64,000 bases of DNA from a virus (lineage: Duplodnaviria > Caudoviricetes), in IMG/VR virus record IMGVR_UViG_3300048606_000186, positions 1-64,000 of that record; one strand, given 5' to 3'. The notes below the pieces were generated by a model. It was given only the letters and a program-made list of their open reading frames with translations. It was not told where the DNA came from and did no database searches. This document shows positions 1 to 8,579 of the stretch, in pieces. The position numbers and the translations under genes were made by a program. Position 1 is the stretch's first letter; each line of letters starts with the position of its first letter.

Positions 1-10
1 AGCGAGCTAT

Positions 11-45
11 AAAAACGCCCCGCGGCGGCGTGCGCGCGCGGGGCG
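11..45 (-). terminator. Putative intrinsic terminator / stable hairpin
   Basis: 9-bp stem CGCCCCGCG (16-24) / CGCGGGGCG (37-45) preceded by AAAAA, i.e. hairpin plus U-tract on the minus strand. Confidence 0.45.
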
Positions 46-177
46 GGTTCAATGGCCGGAATGGAGTGAGCAGCGAATGGTGCCGTGGCCGGGTGTGGCA
101 CCGCATCGCTTGCGCTCTCACGCTAACTCATGGTGCCACCTGCGAGCATCGCTCAAATCCTTTCGTCGGCTCGCAAT

Positions 178-212
178 ATCAGTTTATACTTGAAAGTCAA
201 GTTTTAACCGGC
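178..212. promoter_or_regulatory. Pair of degenerate 17-bp operator-like sites upstream of alpA
   Basis: ATCAGTT-TAT-ACTTGAA (178-194) and GTCAAGT-TTT-AACCGGC (196-212) resemble the genome-wide TTCAWGT-N3-ACWTGAA motif. Confidence 0.5.
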
Positions 213-229
213 TAGACGCGTCCCATGCA

Positions 230-619
230 GTGCCAACGGGGACCGGGCCGATGACGCCACCGCTGATGCAGACGCTGGCGCCGCTGACCGAAGTCGCGGT
301 GCCAGACGTCGAACTGTGGCCGTGCCGCACGGTCGTCGGCAAGGCGGGCATATCGAAGACTGAAATCTATCGCCGCATGAAGGATCGGGATCCGGCACTC
401 AACCCGTTTCCCCAGTCATTCCATCGACCCGGCCGCAAGCAAGGGGTTTTCTGGGCCTCGGTCGACGTCCTTGCTTGGCAGGTTGCCGAGATGGGCTTGA
501 CCCCCTCGCCCCATCCGACTTGGCCGAGCGCCTGGCTAGGGCTGACGTCGATCACCATTCCGGCGCACCAGATGCCCGTGGAGGCCGTGCGGGCGAGCCT
601 CGCGAGCTTTCTCGGATGA
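230..619 (+). CDS. alpA: AlpA-family (excisionase-like) HTH regulator
   Basis: 'RTVVGKAGISKTEIYRRMK...FPQS...VFWASVDVLAW' matches the AlpA HTH pattern; stop overlaps the next ATG. Confidence 0.7.
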   Translation: MPTGTGPMTPPLMQTLAPLTEVAVPDVELWPCRTVVGKAGISKTEIYRRMKDRDPALNPFPQSFHRPGRKQGVFWASVDVLAWQVAEMGLTPSPHPTWPSAWLGLTSITIPAHQMPVEAVRASLASFLG

Positions 620-2832
620 GCGAATCATGTTTTACTGGATTGACGTTCGGTTCCGTCTGTTCCGGCATCGAGGCCGCGAGCGTCGCGTGGGAGCCGTTCG
701 GCTGGCGACCGGTCTGGTTTTCGGAGATCGAGCCGTTCCCGACGGCGCTGCTCGCCTGGCGATTCCCCGACGTTCCGAACCTCGGCGACATGACCTTGCT
801 TGCCGCGCGGGTGCGCGCCGGCGAGATCGAGGCGCCGGACGTGCTCGTCGGCGGCACGCCCTGCCAGGATTTCTCGGTCGCCGGGCTGCGGGTGGGAATC
901 GTGGGTGCCCGCGGCAATCTTACCCTTTCCTTTGTGGAGTTGGCCGATGCAATCGATGACCGTCGCGGACTTCTTGGGCTGCCCCCCTGCATCGCCGTTT
1001 GGGAGAATGTTCCCGGTGTCCGGTCGCTCGACTGCAATGCGTTCGGCTGCCTGCTCGCCGGGCTCGCCGGGGATGACGAGCCTCTTGTCCCAGGCCCGCG
1101 ACCCGAGCGGGGAAAGTCCAACGACTGGTGGACGTGGCGCGCGAAACTGGGCGACCATGTGGCGAAGTGGTCGGTCGCGGGTGCTGTCGCTGGCCCCGAA
1201 AGAGCAGTCGCGTGGCGGAGCTTCGACGCCCAATTTTTCGGTCTGGCCCAACGACGCGAGCGTGTGTTCGTTGTCGCAGGTGCTGGTGAGGGGTTCGATC
1301 CCGCCGCAATACTTCTTGAGTGGGAAGGCCTGCGCCGGGATTCTGCGCCGAGCCGAGAAGCGCGGGAAGAAGCTTCCCACCCCTTTGCTCCTTGCCTTAC
1401 AGGCAGCGGTCGCGGCGTCGAACGAACCGGCGACCCTCGAGGACAGGACCCCGACGACGGGGTCCTGTCTACAGGCGGGGCGGCAGTCGACGAAGCTGGG
1501 GACGCAGTTTCCAGGCCTGGCGACCTTTCTCGCGTAGCGGACACTCTTGAAGCCACGGCTGCGCCCAGCCGTGGCGCAGGGACTCCGCTCAGCATGCTCG
1601 TCGTCGAAGATCGGATAGCCCCGACGCTCGACGCCAGTTTCGCGCGCCTTCAGGGCTGCTCCGGTCAGGACTTGCGCCACGGCCACGGCCACGGCCACGG
1701 GCATCCGGTCACGGCGCCGCGCGGCGACCCGGATGAGGCCGTCCCACAATGGTGGGACGGCCGAGACGTCTCCCAGACATTGGATGCCGTGTTGCACAAG
1801 GGCCAGACCATGCCCGAGAAGGACCGCTTCCCCGCGGTGCTGCAACCGGTAGCCGCGAACGCGGCTACCGGACACTTCGCCGGATTCTGCGAAGTCGACG
1901 TATCGGATCCGCTGAGAGGTACGGGGGGTGATGCCGGTGACGGCAGCGAGTCGCTGATTGGTGAGGCGATCTGCGTCACCGGTTCGGTGACGCATACGCT
2001 CAAGGCCAACGGTTTCGACGGCAGCGAGGACGGGACCGGGCGCGGGCAGCCGATCGTGGCCTTCAATCCACGATCTACCGGCGTCAACGTCTACGTCGAG
2101 CTCGCCGGCACGATCGACGGCAGCGAGCCAGCACAGGCTGTGCTGGCTTTCAACGGTAAGGGTTACGCTCAGGACCATATCGAGAACCTGTCACCAACTC
2201 TGCGCGGGGGCAACACCGAGGGTCACGCTAACGCGGGTGTCCCGCCTGCGATTGCCTATGCGATTCAGGAGCGCGCCGTTTGCGAGAATCCGGATGCGGG
2301 CCCTGACGCCGACGGCGTCAGGGCCGACGATTGCGCCTACACGATGGAGGCGCGCAGCGTGCCGCAGAGTGTCGCCTTCGTCCAGAACAGCCGGAGCGAG
2401 GTGCGCCTGATCGGCGGTGACGGGCAGATCACCGGCGCGCTTGCTGCTGAGCTCCCGGCTCAGCAGCAGAATTATGTCGCCTCGGGTGCCCAGACCATGG
2501 CCGTCCGCCGCCTGATGCCCGTGGAATGTGAGCGTTTGCAAGGCTTCCCGGACGGCTGGACCCTGATCCCGTGGAAGGCGCTGAGCCGCTTCATGAAGCG
2601 CGAGGCCAGGGCCGGCACGCTGACCGACGCCGGCCTGCGCGCCTATGCCGCGACCTTGCCGCCGCCGACCGACCCCGCCGAGTGCCCGGACGGGCCGCGC
2701 TATAAGGCGATCGGCAATTCGATGGCGGTGCGCTGCATGGCGTGGATCGGCGGCAGGATCGAGCGTCATCGCCATCTGCCGAACGCCCTCGCATCCGTCG
2801 CCGCGCCAAGCATTGAGGGCTTCCTCGGATGA
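616..2832 (+). CDS. DNA cytosine-C5 methyltransferase with very long variable region
   Basis: Motif I SVCSGIE, catalytic GGTPCQDFS, motif VI WENVPG, QRRERVF, motif IX RRLMPVECERLQGFPD, motif X GNSMAV; start at 616 (ATGA overlap) is preferred over 475. Confidence 0.95.
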   Translation: MSESCFTGLTFGSVCSGIEAASVAWEPFGWRPVWFSEIEPFPTALLAWRFPDVPNLGDMTLLAARVRAGEIEAPDVLVGGTPCQDFSVAGLRVGIVGARGNLTLSFVELADAIDDRRGLLGLPPCIAVWENVPGVRSLDCNAFGCLLAGLAGDDEPLVPGPRPERGKSNDWWTWRAKLGDHVAKWSVAGAVAGPERAVAWRSFDAQFFGLAQRRERVFVVAGAGEGFDPAAILLEWEGLRRDSAPSREAREEASHPFAPCLTGSGRGVERTGDPRGQDPDDGVLSTGGAAVDEAGDAVSRPGDLSRVADTLEATAAPSRGAGTPLSMLVVEDRIAPTLDASFARLQGCSGQDLRHGHGHGHGHPVTAPRGDPDEAVPQWWDGRDVSQTLDAVLHKGQTMPEKDRFPAVLQPVAANAATGHFAGFCEVDVSDPLRGTGGDAGDGSESLIGEAICVTGSVTHTLKANGFDGSEDGTGRGQPIVAFNPRSTGVNVYVELAGTIDGSEPAQAVLAFNGKGYAQDHIENLSPTLRGGNTEGHANAGVPPAIAYAIQERAVCENPDAGPDADGVRADDCAYTMEARSVPQSVAFVQNSRSEVRLIGGDGQITGALAAELPAQQQNYVASGAQTMAVRRLMPVECERLQGFPDGWTLIPWKALSRFMKREARAGTLTDAGLRAYAATLPPPTDPAECPDGPRYKAIGNSMAVRCMAWIGGRIERHRHLPNALASVAAPSIEGFLG

Positions 2833-3620
2833 CGGTCTCGCTCGCCGATCTGCTCGGGCCCGGCATCGCCGCCGCCGACGCGCCGCCCGCAAGGCCGAAG
2901 CGCGCGCCCCGCGCCAAAGCAACGCCTGCGCCGGCCGCGCCCCCCGAGGAATGGAGCCTGGTCGCGCTCGAAGACCTGCCGGAGACCGCGGCGGGCGTCC
3001 GCGCGCACGCGATCAAGATGGCAGGATCGGGCCGCGCCTGGATCGAGGCCGGCGTGCTGCGGCTTCCGGTCAGCAAGAATTTCCTCGCCCAGATTTTCCA
3101 GATGGACCCGGCGACGGTGACCAAGCGGCTGCTGACCTGTCCGACCGCGGGCATGGCGGGCGGCGGGCGGCCGGTCTACGATTTCCGGACCGCGATCGGC
3201 TATTTCGTGCCGCCGAGGATGAGCATCGACGATTATATTGCGTCGATCGACCCGAGCGAGCTGCCGCCGCACCTCAACCGCTTCATCATCGGCGCCAAGC
3301 GCGAGGCGCTGCGCTATGCGCTCGAGGCGGGCGACGCCTGGCTGACCGCCGACATCATCGACACGCTCGGCGACCTGTGGATGACGATCAAGAACCAGAT
3401 GCCGCTCCTGGTCGAATCGATGCGCGAACTCGGGCTCGACGATATCCAGGCTGACGCGCTGCGCGCCAAGCTCGATGCGTTCCAGGCGCGGCTGCACGCC
3501 GGACTGGTCGAGATGCCGAAGAAGAAGAAGACGCTGTCGATGCTCGGCCAGGCGCCGGTCGCCGCGCCGATCGATGCGGTGGGCGGCGAAGGGGACGACG
3601 GGCCCGCGGTGACGGCGTGA
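2829..3620 (+). CDS. terS: Terminase small subunit (chi/Nazgul-type, DUF1441-like)
   Basis: HTH 'LAQIFQMDPATVTKRL...VYDFRTA' plus helical C-terminus; lies upstream of terL in a chi-like gene order. Confidence 0.7.
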   Translation: MTVSLADLLGPGIAAADAPPARPKRAPRAKATPAPAAPPEEWSLVALEDLPETAAGVRAHAIKMAGSGRAWIEAGVLRLPVSKNFLAQIFQMDPATVTKRLLTCPTAGMAGGGRPVYDFRTAIGYFVPPRMSIDDYIASIDPSELPPHLNRFIIGAKREALRYALEAGDAWLTADIIDTLGDLWMTIKNQMPLLVESMRELGLDDIQADALRAKLDAFQARLHAGLVEMPKKKKTLSMLGQAPVAAPIDAVGGEGDDGPAVTA

Positions 3621-4942
3621 CGGGCCGCATTCTGACCGGCGACGCGCTGGAGATGCTGCGGCGGTTGGCCGACGCCAGCGTCCATTGCGTGGTGACGTCG
3701 CCGCCCTATTTCGGGCTTCGGGATTATCAAACAGGGACGTGGGATGGCGGCGACCCGGAGTGTGATCACGCGCCGGCGCAGGATTGGGTCGCCGACGGCG
3801 GTGACATGCGGCGATCGCACCCTGCGATCGCCGGCAACCAGGCGAAAGCCGAGCGCAGACGCGGCGCGAGGTGTGCGTGCGGCGCGGTCAAGGTCGACCA
3901 GCAGGTCGGGCTGGAATCGTCGCCCGACGCCTATATCGTGCGCCTAGTCGAACTGTGCCGAGAGGTCCGCCGCGTGCTGCGCGACGACGGGACCTTCTGG
4001 CTGAACCTCGGCGACACCTATTGCAACGACCAGAAGGGTCCGAAAGGCGCCGACAAATCGACGCTGACGGGGGGCGGCGACTATCAGATGATCGCCGCCC
4101 CCCGCTCGCTCGGGCAGATGCGCTACCGGGAATGGGGCAACAAGCGCAAAGACCTGCTGATGATCCCCGCCCAGGTCGCCTTGGCGCTGCGCGACGACGG
4201 CTGGTATCTGCGTCAGGACATCATCTGGGCCAAGGACAATCCGATGCCCGAGAGCGTGCGCGACCGCTGCACGCGAAGCCACGAGCACCTGTTCCTGCTG
4301 ACCAAGCGCGAGCGCTATTATTTCGACGCAGAGGCGATCAAGGAGCCAGCCGTCACCGAGTCGCGCGGCAAACGAAATTCGTTTGCCCGCAAGAGCGCGA
4401 TCGGGCTCGACGAGGTCCATTACGGCAAGGGGACGATGCGCAACAAGCGCGACGTCTGGCGCGTCAACACGCGGCCGTTCGCCGAGGCCCATTTCGCCAC
4501 CTTCCCGCCGGCGCTGATCGTCGATTGCATCCGCGCCGGGACATCGGCCGCAGGCGTCTGCGCGGATTGCGGCGCGCCGTGGCAGCGGGTCATAACGCGG
4601 ACGTCGATGGTGATCGACCGCTCGGAACGGACGCACGATCTCGGCCGCACCCGGACGTCGGGTACGATGGTCGAGCCGCCGACGACGACGACGACGACGA
4701 CGACGGGATGGAAGCCGGGCTGCGGCTGCGCTGCCGGCATCGTCCCCGCCACGGTCCTGGACCCGTTCTTCGGCTCCGGCACGACCGGACTCGTCGCCGA
4801 GGTCGAGGGCCGCGACTGGATCGGGATCGATCTGAACGCCGACTATGTCGTGATCGCGCGGCGCCGCATTGCCAAGGCCCGGCTCGCGCGCTTCGCCGCT
4901 GCGGGCGTCGGGGCGCTGGCGTGGCTGGCCTGCGCCCAATGA
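3617..4942 (+). CDS. DNA amino-methyltransferase, beta class (SPPY, probably N4-cytosine)
   Basis: VVTSPPY catalytic motif at the N-terminus, HFATFPP, SAM-binding VLDPFFGSGTTG at the C-terminus. Confidence 0.92.
   Translation: MTGRILTGDALEMLRRLADASVHCVVTSPPYFGLRDYQTGTWDGGDPECDHAPAQDWVADGGDMRRSHPAIAGNQAKAERRRGARCACGAVKVDQQVGLESSPDAYIVRLVELCREVRRVLRDDGTFWLNLGDTYCNDQKGPKGADKSTLTGGGDYQMIAAPRSLGQMRYREWGNKRKDLLMIPAQVALALRDDGWYLRQDIIWAKDNPMPESVRDRCTRSHEHLFLLTKRERYYFDAEAIKEPAVTESRGKRNSFARKSAIGLDEVHYGKGTMRNKRDVWRVNTRPFAEAHFATFPPALIVDCIRAGTSAAGVCADCGAPWQRVITRTSMVIDRSERTHDLGRTRTSGTMVEPPTTTTTTTTGWKPGCGCAAGIVPATVLDPFFGSGTTGLVAEVEGRDWIGIDLNADYVVIARRRIAKARLARFAAAGVGALAWLACAQ
4682..4705 (+). repeat. (ACG)8 in-frame microsatellite encoding poly-Thr
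   Basis: Eight tandem ACG codons inside the MTase. Confidence 0.9.
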
Positions 4943-4973
4943 ATTCTTCGATGGCAACCAAGGAGACTGACAA

Positions 4974-5354
4974 ATGAAGACGCTTTACCTTTGCGGACCG
5001 ATCAACGGCTGCACCGATGAAGAATGCACCGATTGGCGGAGCTACGTTACCAAGAGTTGGGACGGCCGTTGCATTGATCCGATGGTGCGCGATTATCGTG
5101 GCCGGGAGGCCGAGGCGTTCCGAGAGATTGTCGAGTTCGACAAGATCGATGTCACCGAAGCTGACATCATCCTCGTCAACTATGACAAACCGAGCGTCGG
5201 CACCAGCATGGAAGTGCTTTATGCTTGGGAGCGGGGCAAACGCGTAATCGTCGTCCTTCGCGAGGATGCGGTGATCTCGCCATGGCTTCGCTATCATGCG
5301 CACCATCTGGCCCACAGCTTCGATGAGGCGATGAGAATCGCAAGCGCCGCGTGA
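4974..5354 (+). CDS. Nucleoside 2-deoxyribosyltransferase / Rcl-like N-glycosidase
   Basis: 'LYLCGPI', 'D..DVTEADIILVNYDKPSVGTSMEVLYAWERGKRV' is the NDT fold signature with the catalytic Glu in GTxxE. Confidence 0.8.
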   Translation: MKTLYLCGPINGCTDEECTDWRSYVTKSWDGRCIDPMVRDYRGREAEAFREIVEFDKIDVTEADIILVNYDKPSVGTSMEVLYAWERGKRVIVVLREDAVISPWLRYHAHHLAHSFDEAMRIASAA

Positions 5355-5596
5355 AGATCGAACACCGCCTTCGCGCGCATGGGCGTTGTCCCGTGGACGG
5401 AGCGCTAGACGCTTATCAAGTGATCGTGCGCTGCCACCGGGTCATCAAGGTCGAGGATATCCTGGCGGCTGTCGAATCCTTCACCACTGAACCGGTGTTG
5501 CAGGAGCAGTTCACTCGTCAGCTTGCGGCCCGACTGCGCGCGGAGGTGGAAACTATCGGGTTTCACTCGGGCGTCGAGACGCGGGTTGTCGCATGA
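5351..5596 (+). CDS. Minimal T-fold, QueF-like protein
   Basis: CPVDGALD (C13, D20), VE35 and QE52 have spacing like the QueF active-site residues; only 81 aa. Confidence 0.55.
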   Translation: MKIEHRLRAHGRCPVDGALDAYQVIVRCHRVIKVEDILAAVESFTTEPVLQEQFTRQLAARLRAEVETIGFHSGVETRVVA

Positions 5597-6318
5597 TCCA
5601 TTATCACGGCGGACCCATCACTCCAGACCCGTGCGCAATTCGCGCATGGCAGGCTGGGCACGCGTTCATCTCGTATGCCGACAGTCGTCAAATTGGCTTG
5701 GCCGCAGAGATTTGCCAGTCGTTTGCGCTGGATAACGGTGCCTACACCTTCTGGAAGACCAAGCGACCGGTAAACTGGCCCGGATACTATGCGTTCGTCA
5801 ATGAGTGGAGACGGCATCCCGGATTCGATTTCGCAGTCGTCCCGGATGTCATCGAGGGAAGCGAAGAAGAAAACGATGCGCTTGCGGACGCATGGCCATT
5901 TTCCCGGCACGAAGCTGGCGTTGTGTGGCATATCAACGAAAGCTTCGAAAGGCTGAAGCGCCTCGCTTTGGCATGGCCGCTAGTCTGCATTGGCTCCTGT
6001 GGAGAATATGATGTCGCTGTTCCGGCCCGTTATTTGCCGCGCGCTAGGGCGGCAATTCGGACCATTTGTGATCGCCGCAGTCGGCCAATATGCAAGCTGC
6101 ATGGGCTGCGAGTTCTCAACCCTGCGATATTCACCCAGTTGCCGTTAGCCAGCGGCGACAGCACCAATATCGCTCAGAACATCGGCGTCGACTCGTCCTG
6201 GAAGGGCACCTATCAGCCGCGAAGCAAGGAAACGCGCGCCGCCATTCTTCGTGAACGCATTGAATCAATCAATAGCATTGGGCACCTCCCGTCACCAGTT
6301 GAAGCTTTTCTGGCATGA
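5593..6318 (+). CDS. dpdA: DpdA-like (TGT-fold) DNA 7-deazaguanine transglycosylase
   Basis: TGT-like motifs LDNGAY, VPDVI, VWH, LHGL, SGDSTN; adjacent QueF-like gene. Confidence 0.7.
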   Translation: MIHYHGGPITPDPCAIRAWQAGHAFISYADSRQIGLAAEICQSFALDNGAYTFWKTKRPVNWPGYYAFVNEWRRHPGFDFAVVPDVIEGSEEENDALADAWPFSRHEAGVVWHINESFERLKRLALAWPLVCIGSCGEYDVAVPARYLPRARAAIRTICDRRSRPICKLHGLRVLNPAIFTQLPLASGDSTNIAQNIGVDSSWKGTYQPRSKETRAAILRERIESINSIGHLPSPVEAFLA

Positions 6319-8531
6319 GAGTCTTCCACACCCTCGAGGACCTGATCCTCGCGTCAGCCGAGGCGGTGCGGCCGACCGAGCGGATCGACGTCGCCCAGGC
6401 GGCGGAGCGCTACCATATCGTGCGGCTTCCCGGCATGCATGACGGCCCGTTCAGCCTCGACAGGACGCCCTATCTGCGCGAGCCGATGGAGGAGATGACC
6501 TCGCTCCAGTTCGAGGGGATGGTGTTCATCGGGCCGGCGAGGACCGGCAAATCCGCCATGGGAATGAATTGGGTCTGCCATAGCGTCAAGGAAGACCCGA
6601 ACGACATGATGCTGGTCCACATGGCCCAGCACACCGCGCGCGAGTGGAGCCAGCAGGATCTGGAGCGGATGTTGCGCCACAGCCCGAAGATTCGCGAGCA
6701 GCTCGTCCCCGGCCGCCAGAACGACAACGTCTACGACAAGAAGTTCCTCTCCGGCATGCGGATCGAGGTGACCTGGCCGACGCCGTCGAACCTGTCGGGT
6801 AAGACCTACCGCTACACCTTCATCTTCGATTACGACCGTGAGCCGATCGTCATCGCCGGCGAGGGCGACAAGTGGGGGCTGACCTTCAAGCGCGGCGAGA
6901 CGTTCGGCCGCTACCGAATGCACGTCGCCGAGACCTCTCCCGGCCATCCGGTCAAGGACGCCAAATGGGTGCCGCCGCCCGGCGAGCCGCACGCCGCGCC
7001 GCCCTGCGATGGGCTGCTCAGCGTCTATAACGAATCGGACCGGCGCCGCTGGTACTGGCGCTGTCCGCAGTGCCATGAGGCGTTCGAGCCGCACCGCCGC
7101 CTGCTCAACTATCCCGATTCGAAGGACCCGATGGAGTGCGCCGAGGGCGTGACGATGATCTGCCCGCACGATGGCTTCCCGATGCTGCCCGACATGCAGC
7201 ACGAGCTCAACCTCGGCGGCCGCTGGGTCAAGGAGGGGCAGGTCTGGATCCCCGACGCGCGACTGGTCGGTCCCGAGACCGGCGAAATCCTCGGCGAGGC
7301 GCGCCGGTCGAACATCGCGGGCTTTTGGATGTTCGGCCCGGCGGCCGGCTTCACCGACTGGAAGAAGCTGGTCTACCGCCTGCGCGTCGCCGAGCAGGAT
7401 TATGAGCGCAACGGCGGTGAGGACAAGCTCAAGACCTGTCTCAACACCGATTTCGGCGAGCCGCACGTTCCCAAGAATCTCGCCGCCGGCCGCCTGCCCG
7501 AGGAGTTGAAGGCGCGCGCCAGGGAGTGGAGCGAGCGCGGCACGGTGCCGCCTGGTGTCGGCTTCCTGGTCACCACGATCGATGTTCAGGCGGGCGGGCG
7601 GCCGAGCTTCGTGTGGCACACTTACGGGATCGGCACGCAGGGCGTCACGCCGGAGCAGGCCGAAGCTGGCGATTTCTCCACCGCCGCCGACATCTGGCAC
7701 GTCGACATGGGCAAGATCCGCAAGTCCGAGCGCCTCGACGGGGATGGCGAGCGCAAGTTGATCGACCCGGCAGCTTATCCGGAGGACTGGGACCTGCTGA
7801 CCGATGCGGTGCTGCTCAAGACCTACCCCCTGTCGGATGGCAGCGGGCGGCGCATGGCGGTCAAGATCACGGCCTGCGACTCGGGCGGCGCCGCGGCGGG
7901 CGGCTACGGCAAGCGGGCCGCGGCCAAGGCCGGCGAGGCGAAGATCAGCGTCACCGCCAACGCCTACGAATATTGGCGGCGACTGAAGAAGGATCCGGAG
8001 GGGCGCCAGCTCCACCTGCGCTTTCACCTGGTCAAGGGTGAGAAGAGCGACTCGGCCCCGGAAATCCACAAGAGCTTCCCCGATTCGCAGCAGAAGGACA
8101 AGTTCGCGATCGCGCGCGGCGACGTGCCGATCTGGAAGATGAACTCGGACAAGCTGAAGGATCGCCTGTCGAACAAGCTCGGCCGCATCGACCCGGGCGG
8201 TCGGATCAATTTCCCGCTGTGGCGCGACGATGAAGGCGGCTGGGTCGATATCGGCTGGCTCTACCAGCAGCTGACCGCCGAAGTGCGGACCGCGCGCGGC
8301 TGGGAGAATCCCGGCAATAGGCGCAACGAGGCGTTCGATCTGCTCTATTATTGCCTCGGCGTCCTGCTGCACCCCGATATCCGGGTCGAGCGGATCGACT
8401 GGCGGGCGCCGCCGAGCTGGGCCGATCCCGACTGGGACCGCAACTCGCTGGTGTTCCTGCCCGGCGGCGCCCCGTCGCTGATCGCCCCGCCGAAACGCAA
8501 CATCGCAGATTTGGGCAAGGAACTGGGCTGA
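6315..8531 (+). CDS. terL: Terminase large subunit (lambda gpA type)
   Basis: Walker A GPARTGKS, 'RRWYWRCPQCHEAF' Zn motif, nuclease 'TIDVQ' and 'NEAFDLLYY'. Confidence 0.96.
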   Translation: MRVFHTLEDLILASAEAVRPTERIDVAQAAERYHIVRLPGMHDGPFSLDRTPYLREPMEEMTSLQFEGMVFIGPARTGKSAMGMNWVCHSVKEDPNDMMLVHMAQHTAREWSQQDLERMLRHSPKIREQLVPGRQNDNVYDKKFLSGMRIEVTWPTPSNLSGKTYRYTFIFDYDREPIVIAGEGDKWGLTFKRGETFGRYRMHVAETSPGHPVKDAKWVPPPGEPHAAPPCDGLLSVYNESDRRRWYWRCPQCHEAFEPHRRLLNYPDSKDPMECAEGVTMICPHDGFPMLPDMQHELNLGGRWVKEGQVWIPDARLVGPETGEILGEARRSNIAGFWMFGPAAGFTDWKKLVYRLRVAEQDYERNGGEDKLKTCLNTDFGEPHVPKNLAAGRLPEELKARAREWSERGTVPPGVGFLVTTIDVQAGGRPSFVWHTYGIGTQGVTPEQAEAGDFSTAADIWHVDMGKIRKSERLDGDGERKLIDPAAYPEDWDLLTDAVLLKTYPLSDGSGRRMAVKITACDSGGAAAGGYGKRAAAKAGEAKISVTANAYEYWRRLKKDPEGRQLHLRFHLVKGEKSDSAPEIHKSFPDSQQKDKFAIARGDVPIWKMNSDKLKDRLSNKLGRIDPGGRINFPLWRDDEGGWVDIGWLYQQLTAEVRTARGWENPGNRRNEAFDLLYYCLGVLLHPDIRVERIDWRAPPSWADPDWDRNSLVFLPGGAPSLIAPPKRNIADLGKELG

Positions 8532-8533
8532 GT

Positions 8534-8574
8534 TTCAGGTTTCACTTGACACTCATGTGCGAATCGGTTTAGAA
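8534..8574 (+). promoter_or_regulatory. Sigma70-like promoter overlapped by an operator
   Basis: TTGACA (8546-51), 17 nt, TTAGAA (8569-74); operator TTCAGGT-TTC-ACTTGAC at 8534-50. Confidence 0.6.
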
Positions 8575-8579
8575 GCGAA

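Noticed and set aside
475-615. Upstream start of the C5 MTase at 475
   Set aside because: It overlaps alpA; motif I begins right after ATG 616, which is coupled to the alpA stop
616-4942. Complete restriction-modification system
   Set aside because: No adjacent endonuclease; the MTases look like orphan anti-restriction enzymes
6354-8372. Long antisense ORFs (also 20108-21520, 30387-31859, 59157-61019, 55311-56489 and others)
   Set aside because: They shadow well-supported genes in high-GC DNA and have no recognisable motifs
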